From Bacteroidales bacterium (lineage in GTDB: Bacteria > Bacteroidota > Bacteroidia > Bacteroidales > WCHB1-69): a stretch of 64,000 bases of DNA. Shown in pieces: positions 50,666 through 59,643 of the stretch. The first letter of the stretch is position 1. Every line of letters begins with the position of its first letter. The DNA lies in assembly GCA_017613015.1 (NCBI GenBank), contig JAGAEQ010000073.1, positions 109 to 64,108 on the forward strand, written 5' to 3'. The notes under the pieces are model-generated. The model saw only the letters and a list, made by a program, of their open reading frames with translations. It was not told the DNA's origin and did not search any database. The position numbers were made by a program, and so were the translations under genes.

Positions 50666-52972
50666 CTATTTCTGCTTAAAAAACCGCAGGGAGACCGGCA
50701 CGCGGCGCAACCCGGAACCGGCATGCAGCAGCAGCTCCAAACGGACTTCCGGCTGCCGCTCGAAAAGCGACGCGCCGAAACGCACCTCCAGAAACGCCTC
50801 CTCTCCCGCTTGCAGCGTCTCCTTCCCCACCCGAGCGGACACCTCCGCATCCGACGAGCGCACTTCCACGCGCACAGGCTCAGAAGCGGTGTTTTTCAAA
50901 TAAATGCTGTACACATAGCGGTCTGCGCCAGGCTTTTCCTTCAGCACAAAGGCAGTCGCGGGCAGGCCGAAAAGGCTGTCTGCGGAAGGGACTGCCGCCG
51001 GTTCGGACACATAGCCCGTAATCTGGATGCGGCGTTCCAAAGCCGCCGCGATGCTGTACACCGAATGGCGCTTGTCGTTGGGATTGGCGCTCACATAGGG
51101 GCGGGACTGCCGGTCGCCTTTGGGGTCGCATTGGAAACGCAAGGCCCCGGACTGCAAATAGGGCTGGAAAAAGCCTTTGTCGTACTCTCTCAAGCTGTTC
51201 CACAAGCTATGGATGCGCCGGGACGACAGATGCCAGTTGTAGGCGTCCGTATGCAGGGGGCTGGCGTGCCCCTCCACCTTCAGCGCCACCCGGCTGCCGC
51301 TTTCCAAATCCTCTTTCAAAAAGGCGAAGAAAAGGTTGAGGCGACGGTTCCCTTGGGAAAGCGAGTCCTCGAAAAAGCGCCGCATCTGCTGCCGCGCCTC
51401 CCGGGCGGCCTCCTCCGGAAGGCCTTCCGAAAAAGCCTGCTCGTACTGGGGCTGTAAGGCCAGATACATGCTCAGCGTCGCCTGATAGTCCCAGTCCGTG
51501 GTATCCGCCGTTGTGCGGGGATCGGGCTCGTCGTTGTGGAAATACAGCGTCAAGGGGAGCAGGGAGGACGCTTTGCGCGAAGCCTTGGTGGGAAGCGAGG
51601 CGGACGAAGGGGCGCCCCACAGGGTGTCGGTGTGCACCACCGTGCGCACGGGACGGCGTTCGAAGCGGTAGAGGTCGTTGCAGCAAAGCGCGTCGGACAA
51701 GGCCTTGGCAGAACCCCGGTTGGAAGCGAAACAGCCGCCGCCTTCCGAGCTGTCGCACACAAAATAAATGTCGTTGGCCGGAGAATTGAGGGGATAGCCC
51801 ATGTTTTGCGGCGACGCCTGCCACTGGCTCAAGCCGCCCTTCACCTTGAAAATGTCGAAACCGCCCATGCCCGGATGCCAATCCGAACTGAAATACAAGG
51901 TTTTGTTCGATTCCTGATAAAACGGGGTGACTTCGTTGCCCGGGGTGTTCACCACCGGACCGACATTCGCCACCGCCCGGAAGGCCCCGTCCTCTTCCGC
52001 CACCGCGTACCAAATGTCCGTGCCGCCGTAGCCTCCGCTGCGGTTGGAGACGAAATACAGCACCTCCGTGCCGTTCACCTCCGTCACAAAGGGCTGGGTG
52101 TTCGTTGTTTGAGGCAGATTCACCGGCTCGGGCAAGGGATAGGGCTTTTGCCAACGCCCGTCGCGGAAATCCGACACCCAAATGGAGGCGTTGGCCTCCA
52201 AGGATTCCGTCACCTTGCTCCGCGTCAGAAACAAACGGGTGTGCGAAGGGTTGAAGCACACATTGGCGTTGTGGTAACGGTTATCGGCGGCAGACAACCG
52301 CAAAGGGCTCACCGAAGCAACGCTCTGCTTGCGCAGACGGGCCTTGTAGAGCCGCGCCGCATAATACCCTTCCATTACCGCCTTGTCGCCGCCATCTTGG
52401 GTAATAGGGCGCAAGCAACTGAAATATAATACGCTATCACCCATCAAACGGGCATTGAACTCGGAATAGGGGGAATTGATGGCGGAAGGAAAGGCACGCA
52501 CCTCACAGGGCTGCGGCTCCTCCAGCATACGCTCCGCCGCCGCGCAGGCCTTCACTTCCTGACGGGCCCAACGCACCAGAAAAGCGGTGTCGCGCACGCT
52601 GCCGCAATAGGAAAGATAGGTTCGGAACAGGCGTTCCGCCTGCACATAGTCCGCCCGGTTCTTGCACACCTGCGCCCAATAGAACAAGGCATCCGGATAA
52701 TGCAGGGAATCCTGCGCCCACACCTGCTTGTACATCTGCTCCGCCAGACGATAGTCATACAAACGGCGCAGACAGTGGGCGTACCGCCAGCGGACTTCCG
52801 TCTCCGCCCCGGTACGCACGGCCAAGTAGGCCTCGTAACAGGCCACCGCCGAAGCCCAGTCCAGCTGCCGCTCCCACTGCGCCGCCTGCTCCAGCAGGTT
52901 CTCCGGCAGCTGCGCGGAAAGTTTTCCCCACGGCACCAACAGAAAACAGCACAGTATCAGCAAACGTTTCAT
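50666..52972 (-). CDS. TPR - PD40 beta-propeller - OmpA-like multidomain protein (PG1058-like architecture)
   Basis: Signal peptide. The N-terminus has TPR-like helices. Repeated TolB/PD40-type motifs follow (VLYFSCLR, RLFLTRS, EVLYFVSNRSGGYGGTDIWY, TLYFSSDWHPGMGGFDIF, IYFVCDS). The OmpA-like core is VEGHASPLHTDAYNWHLSSRRIHSL. An extra C-terminal beta-rich domain is present. The start codon directly abuts the stop of the PorP/SprF gene. Confidence 0.8.
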   Translation of the reverse strand: MKRLLILCCFLLVPWGKLSAQLPENLLEQAAQWERQLDWASAVACYEAYLAVRTGAETEVRWRYAHCLRRLYDYRLAEQMYKQVWAQDSLHYPDALFYWAQVCKNRADYVQAERLFRTYLSYCGSVRDTAFLVRWARQEVKACAAAERMLEEPQPCEVRAFPSAINSPYSEFNARLMGDSVLYFSCLRPITQDGGDKAVMEGYYAARLYKARLRKQSVASVSPLRLSAADNRYHNANVCFNPSHTRLFLTRSKVTESLEANASIWVSDFRDGRWQKPYPLPEPVNLPQTTNTQPFVTEVNGTEVLYFVSNRSGGYGGTDIWYAVAEEDGAFRAVANVGPVVNTPGNEVTPFYQESNKTLYFSSDWHPGMGGFDIFKVKGGLSQWQASPQNMGYPLNSPANDIYFVCDSSEGGGCFASNRGSAKALSDALCCNDLYRFERRPVRTVVHTDTLWGAPSSASLPTKASRKASSLLPLTLYFHNDEPDPRTTADTTDWDYQATLSMYLALQPQYEQAFSEGLPEEAAREARQQMRRFFEDSLSQGNRRLNLFFAFLKEDLESGSRVALKVEGHASPLHTDAYNWHLSSRRIHSLWNSLREYDKGFFQPYLQSGALRFQCDPKGDRQSRPYVSANPNDKRHSVYSIAAALERRIQITGYVSEPAAVPSADSLFGLPATAFVLKEKPGADRYVYSIYLKNTASEPVRVEVRSSDAEVSARVGKETLQAGEEAFLEVRFGASLFERQPEVRLELLLHAGSGLRRVPVSLRFFKQK

Positions 52973-54001
52973 CTAAAAAATGGGGCAAGGCAGTTTATGG
53001 CGGCGAATCATTCGCGGCCTTTTATATATATATTGTAGATTCACCTCCACACCGCCCCTTCCGTGCGAAGCCTCCGACAGGGAGGACACATTGAAGTCGT
53101 AGCTGACCAACAGCTGCACCGATTTCCATTCCCCGCCCATCACCACATACAAGGCATCGCCCAGACGGTAGTCAATTCCAGCAAGCATACTGACGGTCTG
53201 CCGATTACGAAAAACCTGCATTGCATAGGCCCCCAGCAGTCCCGCCATTATTTCCCGGTACACGTCCTGTCGGCTGATGTAGAGCGAAGGCTGCACGTAG
53301 GTATAGGCGTCAAAAGGCAGTTTCACCTGAAACAAGGTGTTGTAGCGCACCGGCAGGGTGATGGAAGGGTCTTTCAGCAGGGATTGCGGCGGACGATTGA
53401 GATGGAAAGCGCTCAACCCGGCGTAGTACTGCACCCCCGTGCGCATTTCGTAAAACCATTGCAGCCCCGCCCCCACATCAGTGTAGCCGAAACTGCTGGA
53501 GGCGTACTGCTCCTGCGACTCAGTGCCGGGCCGGTACTGCCCCTCCTGGTACTGGTCGTCGTGCATAAACTCGTCCGGACGCAGGCGTTTCTGCGCATAG
53601 CCCGCTACTATCCCCAAGGAAAGAAAATGGTTGTTGCGGCGGTTGAGCCCCTTGGCATACGAAAAATAGAGATTCGGCTGCACCGTCAAGTATTTGGCGT
53701 CCCCCGCCTGATCCAAATCGGCGGAAAAGCCCAGACTGAACACGTCCTGCTGCACCCGACGCTTCCACACCGGCGCATCCGCCCAAATCCCGGTGGTCAT
53801 ATAAGGGACGGTCACCGAAAGCCATTGGTTACGCGCATAGGTTCCGCAACGGAACTCACCGTTATAGAAACCGGCTGCCGCCGGATTCACCGCAATGGGA
53901 TTCATCCAAAAGGGAGAATGGTGCAAATCCTGCGCCTGCAAAGATACCGCACCGCCTATGCACAGCATGCACACCAACCGGAACCATCGGAAAAAACCCA
54001 T
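52973..54001 (-). CDS. Type IX secretion system membrane protein, PorP/SprF family
   Basis: 342 aa from MGFFRWFRLVCMLCIGGAVSLQAQ. The N-terminus PFWMNPIAVNPAAAGF...YARNQWLSV matches the PorP/SprF signature. The rest is predicted beta-barrel-like. Confidence 0.85.
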   Translation of the reverse strand: MGFFRWFRLVCMLCIGGAVSLQAQDLHHSPFWMNPIAVNPAAAGFYNGEFRCGTYARNQWLSVTVPYMTTGIWADAPVWKRRVQQDVFSLGFSADLDQAGDAKYLTVQPNLYFSYAKGLNRRNNHFLSLGIVAGYAQKRLRPDEFMHDDQYQEGQYRPGTESQEQYASSSFGYTDVGAGLQWFYEMRTGVQYYAGLSAFHLNRPPQSLLKDPSITLPVRYNTLFQVKLPFDAYTYVQPSLYISRQDVYREIMAGLLGAYAMQVFRNRQTVSMLAGIDYRLGDALYVVMGGEWKSVQLLVSYDFNVSSLSEASHGRGGVEVNLQYIYKRPRMIRRHKLPCPIF

Positions 54002-54081
54002 TTTCGCAAATCTCTGAATGCAAAAATAGTTAAAAAATCGATTGGGGTGATGTCCGGAGGTAAAAAACTGTTTTCCCCGAC

Positions 54082-56949
54082 CTACGGACGCACGATTTTC
54101 AAGGTGCAGACCGAAGCGTCCCGTCCGTACACGCTCAACAGGTAAATCCCGGAAGCCCAATTCTCCACCGGAATCAGCATTTGGGGAGACAAGCGCTCCG
54201 TCGCATACAGCAGGCGGCCGCTCACATCCCGCACCGCCACTTTGGCCGCCAAGGCGAAGGCCGTTTCGTCAAACGCAAGCGTAAGCTCCGACTCCACCGG
54301 ATTCGGATACACCCGCAGTCCCTGACGCAATCCCGGCTCCGTCACGCGCTCGTTATCCAACAGATGCAGAATGCGTATGCTGTCGCAGCCGTTCGCCGCC
54401 GCATACACCCTGCGGTAATCCCCCCGGCGGGTGTACACGGAATCCTCCCAGGTATAGGAGGGCCGCGCCGGACTGATGAATGCCGTCTCCTCCACCTTGA
54501 CGTATGGCCGCACATAAAGGTGCAGCACAAACAAGGTGTCGGCGGAACCCCGGAAACAAAGGGTGTCCCCGGCACTGAAGGTGGTGACCTTAAAACCGTA
54601 ACCGGCATACGTGCGCTTCTGGCACACGGTATCGTAGTTTTCTCGCTCCACCGCATAGGCGTGCGAGAACTCGTACATGCCCACATCCACTTTGCCGTTT
54701 TCGTCCTCCTTGAACACCCGGCGGTTACCGTCCATGTCCGTCACCGGAAGGCGCACCCGGTTATTTCCTGCGTCAATGCAGGAGGAAGCGGGCAGCAGAT
54801 GAAAATCACCCTTGCCGGGATCTGTGAAGAACGGGTAGCCGATGTCCGTCCGGCTGCCTTCGTTCATGGAGTCCAGCCACAGCAGCTTCACCCCTTCGGA
54901 AGTGAAGCCCCGCTGCTCTATGCCACAGTAGGCGACCTCTATCGGCGCGTTCCCGTGGGCAATCTGGTAGGCCGGATAAGTTTTCCAGCGGTTTCGCCAG
55001 AAAATGCAATTGAAGAAGCGACAGGTGTCGTCGAAGGAGCCCACATAAACGCCGCTCCCGTTGCTGCTCACCCGGTTGGCGATGAAGTTGCAGTTTACAA
55101 ACTCCGCGCCGCCCCAGGCGATGGCGCCGCCGCCAAATTTCGCCTGATTGTACGCAAACAGGGAATTGGACACGGTGTTCCCCGCCGAATTGGAGACTGC
55201 CAGCAAGCCGCCGCCCCCGTTGGCATTGGTGGCGTCGCAATGCAACACCCGGCAATGGGACATCGCCGCATGATCCAGCGCCACACCGCCACCCCCGCCG
55301 TATTTTCCATTGGCGGAACAGTGTTCTATCCGGCACCAGCTCAGTCGGGCGCCGCTTTGGGCCAGCACGCCGCCGCCCTTGTCCCACACGCCGCTCACGC
55401 GTCCGTTGGTGATGGTGAAGCCGTCAGCAGAAGCATACATGCCGTTTTCTTCCGCCGAAAGCAGCAGCACCCGCTGCGTGTCCTGCCCATCCAAAACGGT
55501 GGCATTGGCTTCCAAATCCCGCTTTCCCAAATCGAAGTTTCCGGTCTCATTGCCTTGAAAACCACCATATACGCTCACATTGGGAGCCACCACAAAGGCG
55601 TTTTCCGAAACGCCGTCGCCCCGGTAGTGTCCGGCCTTCACCCACACCTGCAAAGGCTGGGTGGAAGCGCGGTACATGGCCTGCGCCAGCTTCGGGGTGG
55701 CGTTCTCCCAGGACGAGCCGTCCCGGGTTCCGGCACCGTTCTCGCTCACATACAGAATATGGCGGGCATCCGGGCACAAAGGCTGCTCCATAGGAAGTAT
55801 TCCTATCAAAGCCACCTGATTTTCTGTATAATTATGGGTTCCTGGCTTGAGGGAATTCAGCGCGAAATACCCGTCCAAGTAGCCGTTCCATCCCCAGTTG
55901 AAATGCAGGTAGCCGTTGGCGTCGTAGCCGTCACACACAAAGGCGTGCCCTCCGGAAACGCGGGAGTTGCCGCTATACAGCAAAGGCCGTCCCGCATCCA
56001 GTTCCGCCCGTATCAGCCGCAGCCAGGCGTCATCGGTATAATCGGCACGGGTGACCCCCTTCACATAAGGGTAGCCGAAATTCAGCCGCAACGCGTATTC
56101 CGCCGAACGGACATTGAGACCGTGGGTTGTGGCGGAACTGCCGTCCACGCCGTAATTCATCTCCACCGCCACGCCGCAATGGAACATCAGTTCGGAAACG
56201 GCCTGCACCTTTCCCATGCTGGTTTCGCAGTCGTAGGTGTCGGGCATGGAGTCGTAAACATAGTTACCTTTCTCAAAATCAGCAGAAATCGTTCCGTAGA
56301 CCGCATGACGGTAGGTGTACGCGCCCGCCCCATGCGCCGGGTAACGCCAATAGCGCATCAACTGGGCCATGGCCGTGGCCACGCATCCGGTCAGGGTGTT
56401 TTTCTCCGCAGCGGTGTCGTAAGGGCAATACAAATTATAATGGATGCACAACTGTTCCTTCTTCTTGGTTCCGTCCTGCCCCCATTTGGTGGTGACTAAA
56501 GGCTGCACCTCCTGCACGCCCTTGGTTTGGAAAACGCCGGTTTCCAAGGCATTCCACATCGGATCCGCCGGAAGTGCCTTGCCTTTTCGGCAGGCCTCGA
56601 TTTGCACGCCATAGCCCGAAAGCCATTCCATGACCACCGGAGGGATGTTGTCGGGATCGAAACCGGAGGTGAAGGAATAGGCCAAGACCGGCTGCATGGC
56701 ATCCTCTGCGGACACCAGCACAAAACCGCTGTTATCCATGGAAAACGCATACCACAGCGGGCGGGACAGGCTGTCCTCCGCCACATAGGCCAAGTTCAGT
56801 GTGGATGACTGCGCCTTTGTGCCCAGCCATTGGGAGGAGAGAAAACGCTCCCCTATCGTCCGTGCTTTGGACGAGTCTACCGGATGGGCTTGAACCAAGG
56901 GGAACAAAAACAGGGAAATCAGAACAGATAATGCTTTTCTCAGTTTCAT
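54082..56949 (-). CDS. C10 family (streptopain/SpeB-like) cysteine peptidase with beta-helix region and T9SS type A CTD
   Basis: 955 aa from MKLRKALSVL. It has an Spi-type propeptide (LWYAFSMDNSGFVLVSAED.MQPVLAYS), the catalytic Cys context LTGCVATAMAQLMRYW, the His context GGHAFVCDGYD and NWGWNG. The middle is Gly/Asn-rich with right-handed-helix-like repeats. The C-terminus is LRVYPNPVESELTL...GIYLLSVYG...LKIVRP. Confidence 0.9.
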   Translation of the reverse strand: MKLRKALSVLISLFLFPLVQAHPVDSSKARTIGERFLSSQWLGTKAQSSTLNLAYVAEDSLSRPLWYAFSMDNSGFVLVSAEDAMQPVLAYSFTSGFDPDNIPPVVMEWLSGYGVQIEACRKGKALPADPMWNALETGVFQTKGVQEVQPLVTTKWGQDGTKKKEQLCIHYNLYCPYDTAAEKNTLTGCVATAMAQLMRYWRYPAHGAGAYTYRHAVYGTISADFEKGNYVYDSMPDTYDCETSMGKVQAVSELMFHCGVAVEMNYGVDGSSATTHGLNVRSAEYALRLNFGYPYVKGVTRADYTDDAWLRLIRAELDAGRPLLYSGNSRVSGGHAFVCDGYDANGYLHFNWGWNGYLDGYFALNSLKPGTHNYTENQVALIGILPMEQPLCPDARHILYVSENGAGTRDGSSWENATPKLAQAMYRASTQPLQVWVKAGHYRGDGVSENAFVVAPNVSVYGGFQGNETGNFDLGKRDLEANATVLDGQDTQRVLLLSAEENGMYASADGFTITNGRVSGVWDKGGGVLAQSGARLSWCRIEHCSANGKYGGGGGVALDHAAMSHCRVLHCDATNANGGGGLLAVSNSAGNTVSNSLFAYNQAKFGGGAIAWGGAEFVNCNFIANRVSSNGSGVYVGSFDDTCRFFNCIFWRNRWKTYPAYQIAHGNAPIEVAYCGIEQRGFTSEGVKLLWLDSMNEGSRTDIGYPFFTDPGKGDFHLLPASSCIDAGNNRVRLPVTDMDGNRRVFKEDENGKVDVGMYEFSHAYAVERENYDTVCQKRTYAGYGFKVTTFSAGDTLCFRGSADTLFVLHLYVRPYVKVEETAFISPARPSYTWEDSVYTRRGDYRRVYAAANGCDSIRILHLLDNERVTEPGLRQGLRVYPNPVESELTLAFDETAFALAAKVAVRDVSGRLLYATERLSPQMLIPVENWASGIYLLSVYGRDASVCTLKIVRP

Positions 56950-57048
56950 TAGTACGTTCGAAATCAAGTTCTTTAGAAAAATTTACAAACGGGTGCAAAT
57001 ATCGTCAAAAAATCAACACGCTTTTTTCGGGACTATCGGAAATTTGTC

Positions 57049-57056
57049 TACTTTTG
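57049..57056 (+). promoter_or_regulatory. -7 promoter element TACTTTTG
   Basis: Exact consensus match, 61 nt upstream of the small ORF ATG at 57117. Confidence 0.4.
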
Positions 57057-57116
57057 CAGCGGTTTTCAGGTCGGCCCTTGTCCGGCCATTCCAAAAAACG
57101 ATAAGCATACACCATC

Positions 57117-57287
57117 ATGGACAACAACTTCAAAATCCGTATCGACCAACTGATTGAAGACTTGGGAAAAATCAACGACTTGAACATCAAAGTGGACATA
57201 CTGAACTACATGGAGCAGCAGTCCGCCTTCCTGCTCTGGCAGTTAGAGGAGGAAAAACGCATCGACGAGAACCTGAACAACGTCTAA
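57117..57287 (+). CDS. Small hypothetical protein (56 aa, predicted helical/coiled)
   Basis: Hand translation gives MDNNFKIRIDQLIEDLGKINDLNIKVDILNYMEQQSAFLLWQLEEEKRIDENLNNV. It uses GC3-rich codons like its neighbours and has its own consensus promoter. It is absent from the ORF track because it is under 60 aa. Confidence 0.4.
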   Translation: MDNNFKIRIDQLIEDLGKINDLNIKVDILNYMEQQSAFLLWQLEEEKRIDENLNNV

Positions 57288-57293
57288 GCCGCG

Positions 57294-59003
57294 CTACCAA
57301 CGGGTGGCCACGGTCACCGCTTTCCGGACACGCCGCACCTTGCCCTGAAGGTTCCAATACTCAAACACTATCAAATAGGCGCCCAAAGGCACCCTTTGCC
57401 CGCTGTCCGTGAGGCCGTCCCACACCCATATCCCTTCCGTTCCCAGAAGTTCGTCCCGCACCAGATGGCACAGGGAAAGCCCGTCCGGACGGCAGATCCG
57501 CACACTTCCCCGGTAGCCCGCCTCCGGCAGCACATAACGCATTTTCAGCACATCCGCATACCCGTCCCCGTCGGGAGAGAAAATGCTGTTTTCCAATTGC
57601 AGTGCCTCCGCACCGGAGAAAACGCCTTCCGTATAACAGGAATTCCGCAGCCCAGGGGTCGCGAAGCCGCTTTGGGAAGCCGCCGAACACCAATGGGAGA
57701 CCTCCTGCGTGGCGACGTCCGGATGCACGCGCTCCAGACTGACACCTTCCGTGGACGCCAACAGCGGATAGTGCATGTCCTCGCTGTAGGAGAAATCATC
57801 CAGCACGCGTGCCCTGTCCAAAAGGACCACCCGTCCCCCGCTCTGCGCATAGGAGGGGAAAGCGTCCAAGGAAATGCCCGCCTCCGGAGGCGCATCGTAG
57901 AAACGTGTCACAGCCTCCACGTTCTTGCACAAAAAAACATAGTCGCCGGGGAACAGCTGCCATCCGTCCGCCGCCACCCGCTTGCCCGTGTCCAAACGCC
58001 CGTCGCTCTTCACGGAAGACAAACGCAGCTGCTTCAAATCCAGCACTTTGTCGGAACGGTTGTACAGCTCGACAAAAGGCGAGCCGCCGGGCCGGGGATG
58101 GGAAAGCACCTCGTTGATTACCAAATCCATGGAATCCGCCGTTTCCGCCCGCGCGAAACGCACTGCCCGCCCTTCCACTTCAACACCCGCGCAATCGCAG
58201 AGCGGCGCGGCCAAACGCAGGCGGTACTCCGCCCCGTAACGCAGCTCCTCCCGCAAGCGCAAACGGACCGAAAGCCAGTCGGAAAGCACTTCCGTCACCG
58301 CTTCCGCCCGTATCCCTTCCAGCACATAGGCCGCCAGCTCCTTCGCCGCTTCCGGATGCGCCTTTTTGGAGAAAAACACCCGGATATGCACCGAATCCTC
58401 GTTCACCACCCGGCTCACGCCCAAAGGAAGCGGCATCAGCGTCCGCTGCACGGCATTGGGCCGCCCCGGCGTTCCGCCGGAGGAACTGGCGGATGACCGC
58501 CAGTTCCCCTGTTCCTCGCAAGGATGCCCCAGATCCGTCATTTCCAGCGACCAGCCGCCTGTCTGCTTGGCGTCGTCCTGCCACTCGTGGCGGTAGGTGA
58601 AGCCGAACACCACCCGCCCCTCCGCATCCAAGAGCGCCAAGCTTTGGGAAGTGTTGTTCAGCGAAAGCGAGGACAGGGCGGCCACCCTGCCGTAAGGAAC
58701 AAGCGCGGCAGTGTCGGAAGCCGCCGCCAGCAGCAGGTAGGAGGCGGGAGGCAGACTGACCGCAGGCAGGCTCTTCAAGGTCCTCCCGACCGCCAGTTTC
58801 CATCCGGCCAAGGAAATTTCCGCCGCCGAAGCGTTATACAGCTCCACGTACTCCGCTTCGGGCAAACCGACCGAAGGCGAAGGCTTGTACATCACCTCAC
58901 TGATTATCACTTGCAGGATTTCCGCCCCGACAGGGCGGCAAAAACTCAACAGAAAGCACCCCACAGCACTTCCCACCGCTATCAAGCGTCGCTTTTTTTT
59001 CAT
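57294..59003 (-). CDS. Lamin tail domain (LTD) protein with FSPDGDG-type C-terminal domain (FlgD-Ig-like / CHU_C type B T9SS-like)
   Basis: Signal peptide. Two LTD-like segments are present (ISEVMYKPS...EYVELYN...ISLAGWKL and INEVLSHPRPGGSPFVELYNRSDKVLDL). The C-terminus is IFSPDGDGYADVL...VRICRPDG...WVWDGLTDSGQRVPLGAYLIVFEY. Confidence 0.8.
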   Translation of the reverse strand: MKKKRRLIAVGSAVGCFLLSFCRPVGAEILQVIISEVMYKPSPSVGLPEAEYVELYNASAAEISLAGWKLAVGRTLKSLPAVSLPPASYLLLAAASDTAALVPYGRVAALSSLSLNNTSQSLALLDAEGRVVFGFTYRHEWQDDAKQTGGWSLEMTDLGHPCEEQGNWRSSASSSGGTPGRPNAVQRTLMPLPLGVSRVVNEDSVHIRVFFSKKAHPEAAKELAAYVLEGIRAEAVTEVLSDWLSVRLRLREELRYGAEYRLRLAAPLCDCAGVEVEGRAVRFARAETADSMDLVINEVLSHPRPGGSPFVELYNRSDKVLDLKQLRLSSVKSDGRLDTGKRVAADGWQLFPGDYVFLCKNVEAVTRFYDAPPEAGISLDAFPSYAQSGGRVVLLDRARVLDDFSYSEDMHYPLLASTEGVSLERVHPDVATQEVSHWCSAASQSGFATPGLRNSCYTEGVFSGAEALQLENSIFSPDGDGYADVLKMRYVLPEAGYRGSVRICRPDGLSLCHLVRDELLGTEGIWVWDGLTDSGQRVPLGAYLIVFEYWNLQGKVRRVRKAVTVATRW

Positions 59004-59064
59004 TTTCTTCCATTTTTTTCAAACGGCGGACCAACCCAGTCCGCCGCAAAGCACGGGACACGGC

Positions 59065-59349
59065 CTATTCCTGCACCGCTTCCGGCTCCGTCTGCGTTTG
59101 TGTCGCGGCAGCGCCCCGAGCCACCGCCGCATGAATCACACGTTCGCAATACGTGGACTCGTTCAATGCCGATATCGCCTGCATGGCCTCATCCTCATTG
59201 TCCATCTGCACAAACCCGTAACCTTTGCTGCGATGGGTCTCCTTGTCATGAATAAGATAGGCGTTGCTTACATGTCCGTAGGCGGAAAAAAGCTCCGACA
59301 ACTCCGCCGGCCGCATACGCATGGGTAAATTAGCCACAAAAATAACCAT
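59065..59349 (-). CDS. RNA-binding protein with RRM domain
   Basis: Has RNP-2 IFVANL and RNP-1 KGYGFVQM. 94 aa. Confidence 0.9.
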   Translation of the reverse strand: MVIFVANLPMRMRPAELSELFSAYGHVSNAYLIHDKETHRSKGYGFVQMDNEDEAMQAISALNESTYCERVIHAAVARGAAATQTQTEPEAVQE

Positions 59350-59484
59350 AGAGAATATATTTTAGAAGTTTGAGAATAATTAACTGCACAATGCCTATCG
59401 TTTGGTGAAACAGCCTGTTAAATAACAGCCAATAAGTGTGGAAGTGGTCGGTGGAAAAGCAGTACGGGTTACCGCCCAACCTAT

Positions 59485-59559
59485 TGGAGCGAAAGACGGG
59501 GGTCGAACCCGCGACCTACGGCTTGGGAAGCCGTCGTTCTACCACTGAACTACTTTCGC
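59485..59559 (-). tRNA. tRNA-Gly (anticodon CCC), CCA encoded
   Basis: The reverse complement is GCGAAAGTAGTTCAGTGGTAGAACGACGGCTTCCCAAGCCGTAGGTCGCGGGTTCGACCCCCGTCTTTCGCTCCA. It forms a perfect cloverleaf with anticodon loop TTCCCAA and discriminator U. Confidence 0.95.
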
Positions 59560-59565
59560 GACATG

Positions 59566-59573
59566 CAAAAGTA
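59566..59573 (-). promoter_or_regulatory. -7 promoter element TACTTTTG (minus strand) for tRNA-Gly
   Basis: The plus strand reads CAAAAGTA, 7 nt upstream of the mature tRNA 5' end. Confidence 0.5.
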
Positions 59574-59643
59574 CACAAATTACCAATACCTTTTTGCGCT
59601 TTTGCCTTCTTTTTTGTCTTTTCGGAAAAAAAATGGCAAAAAA

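Noticed and set aside
51207-52259. 350-aa minus-strand ORF in an alternative frame, and the 297-aa plus ORF 51536..52429
   Set aside because: Both lie inside or antisense to the TPR-PD40-OmpA gene, whose frame carries repeated PD40 motifs and an OmpA core. These alternatives are Arg/Gly/Pro-rich.
54181-56499. 772-aa plus-strand ORF
   Set aside because: Antisense to the C10 peptidase gene, which carries unambiguous catalytic and CTD motifs. The ORF has Gly/Val/His/Arg-rich composition and no signal or motif.
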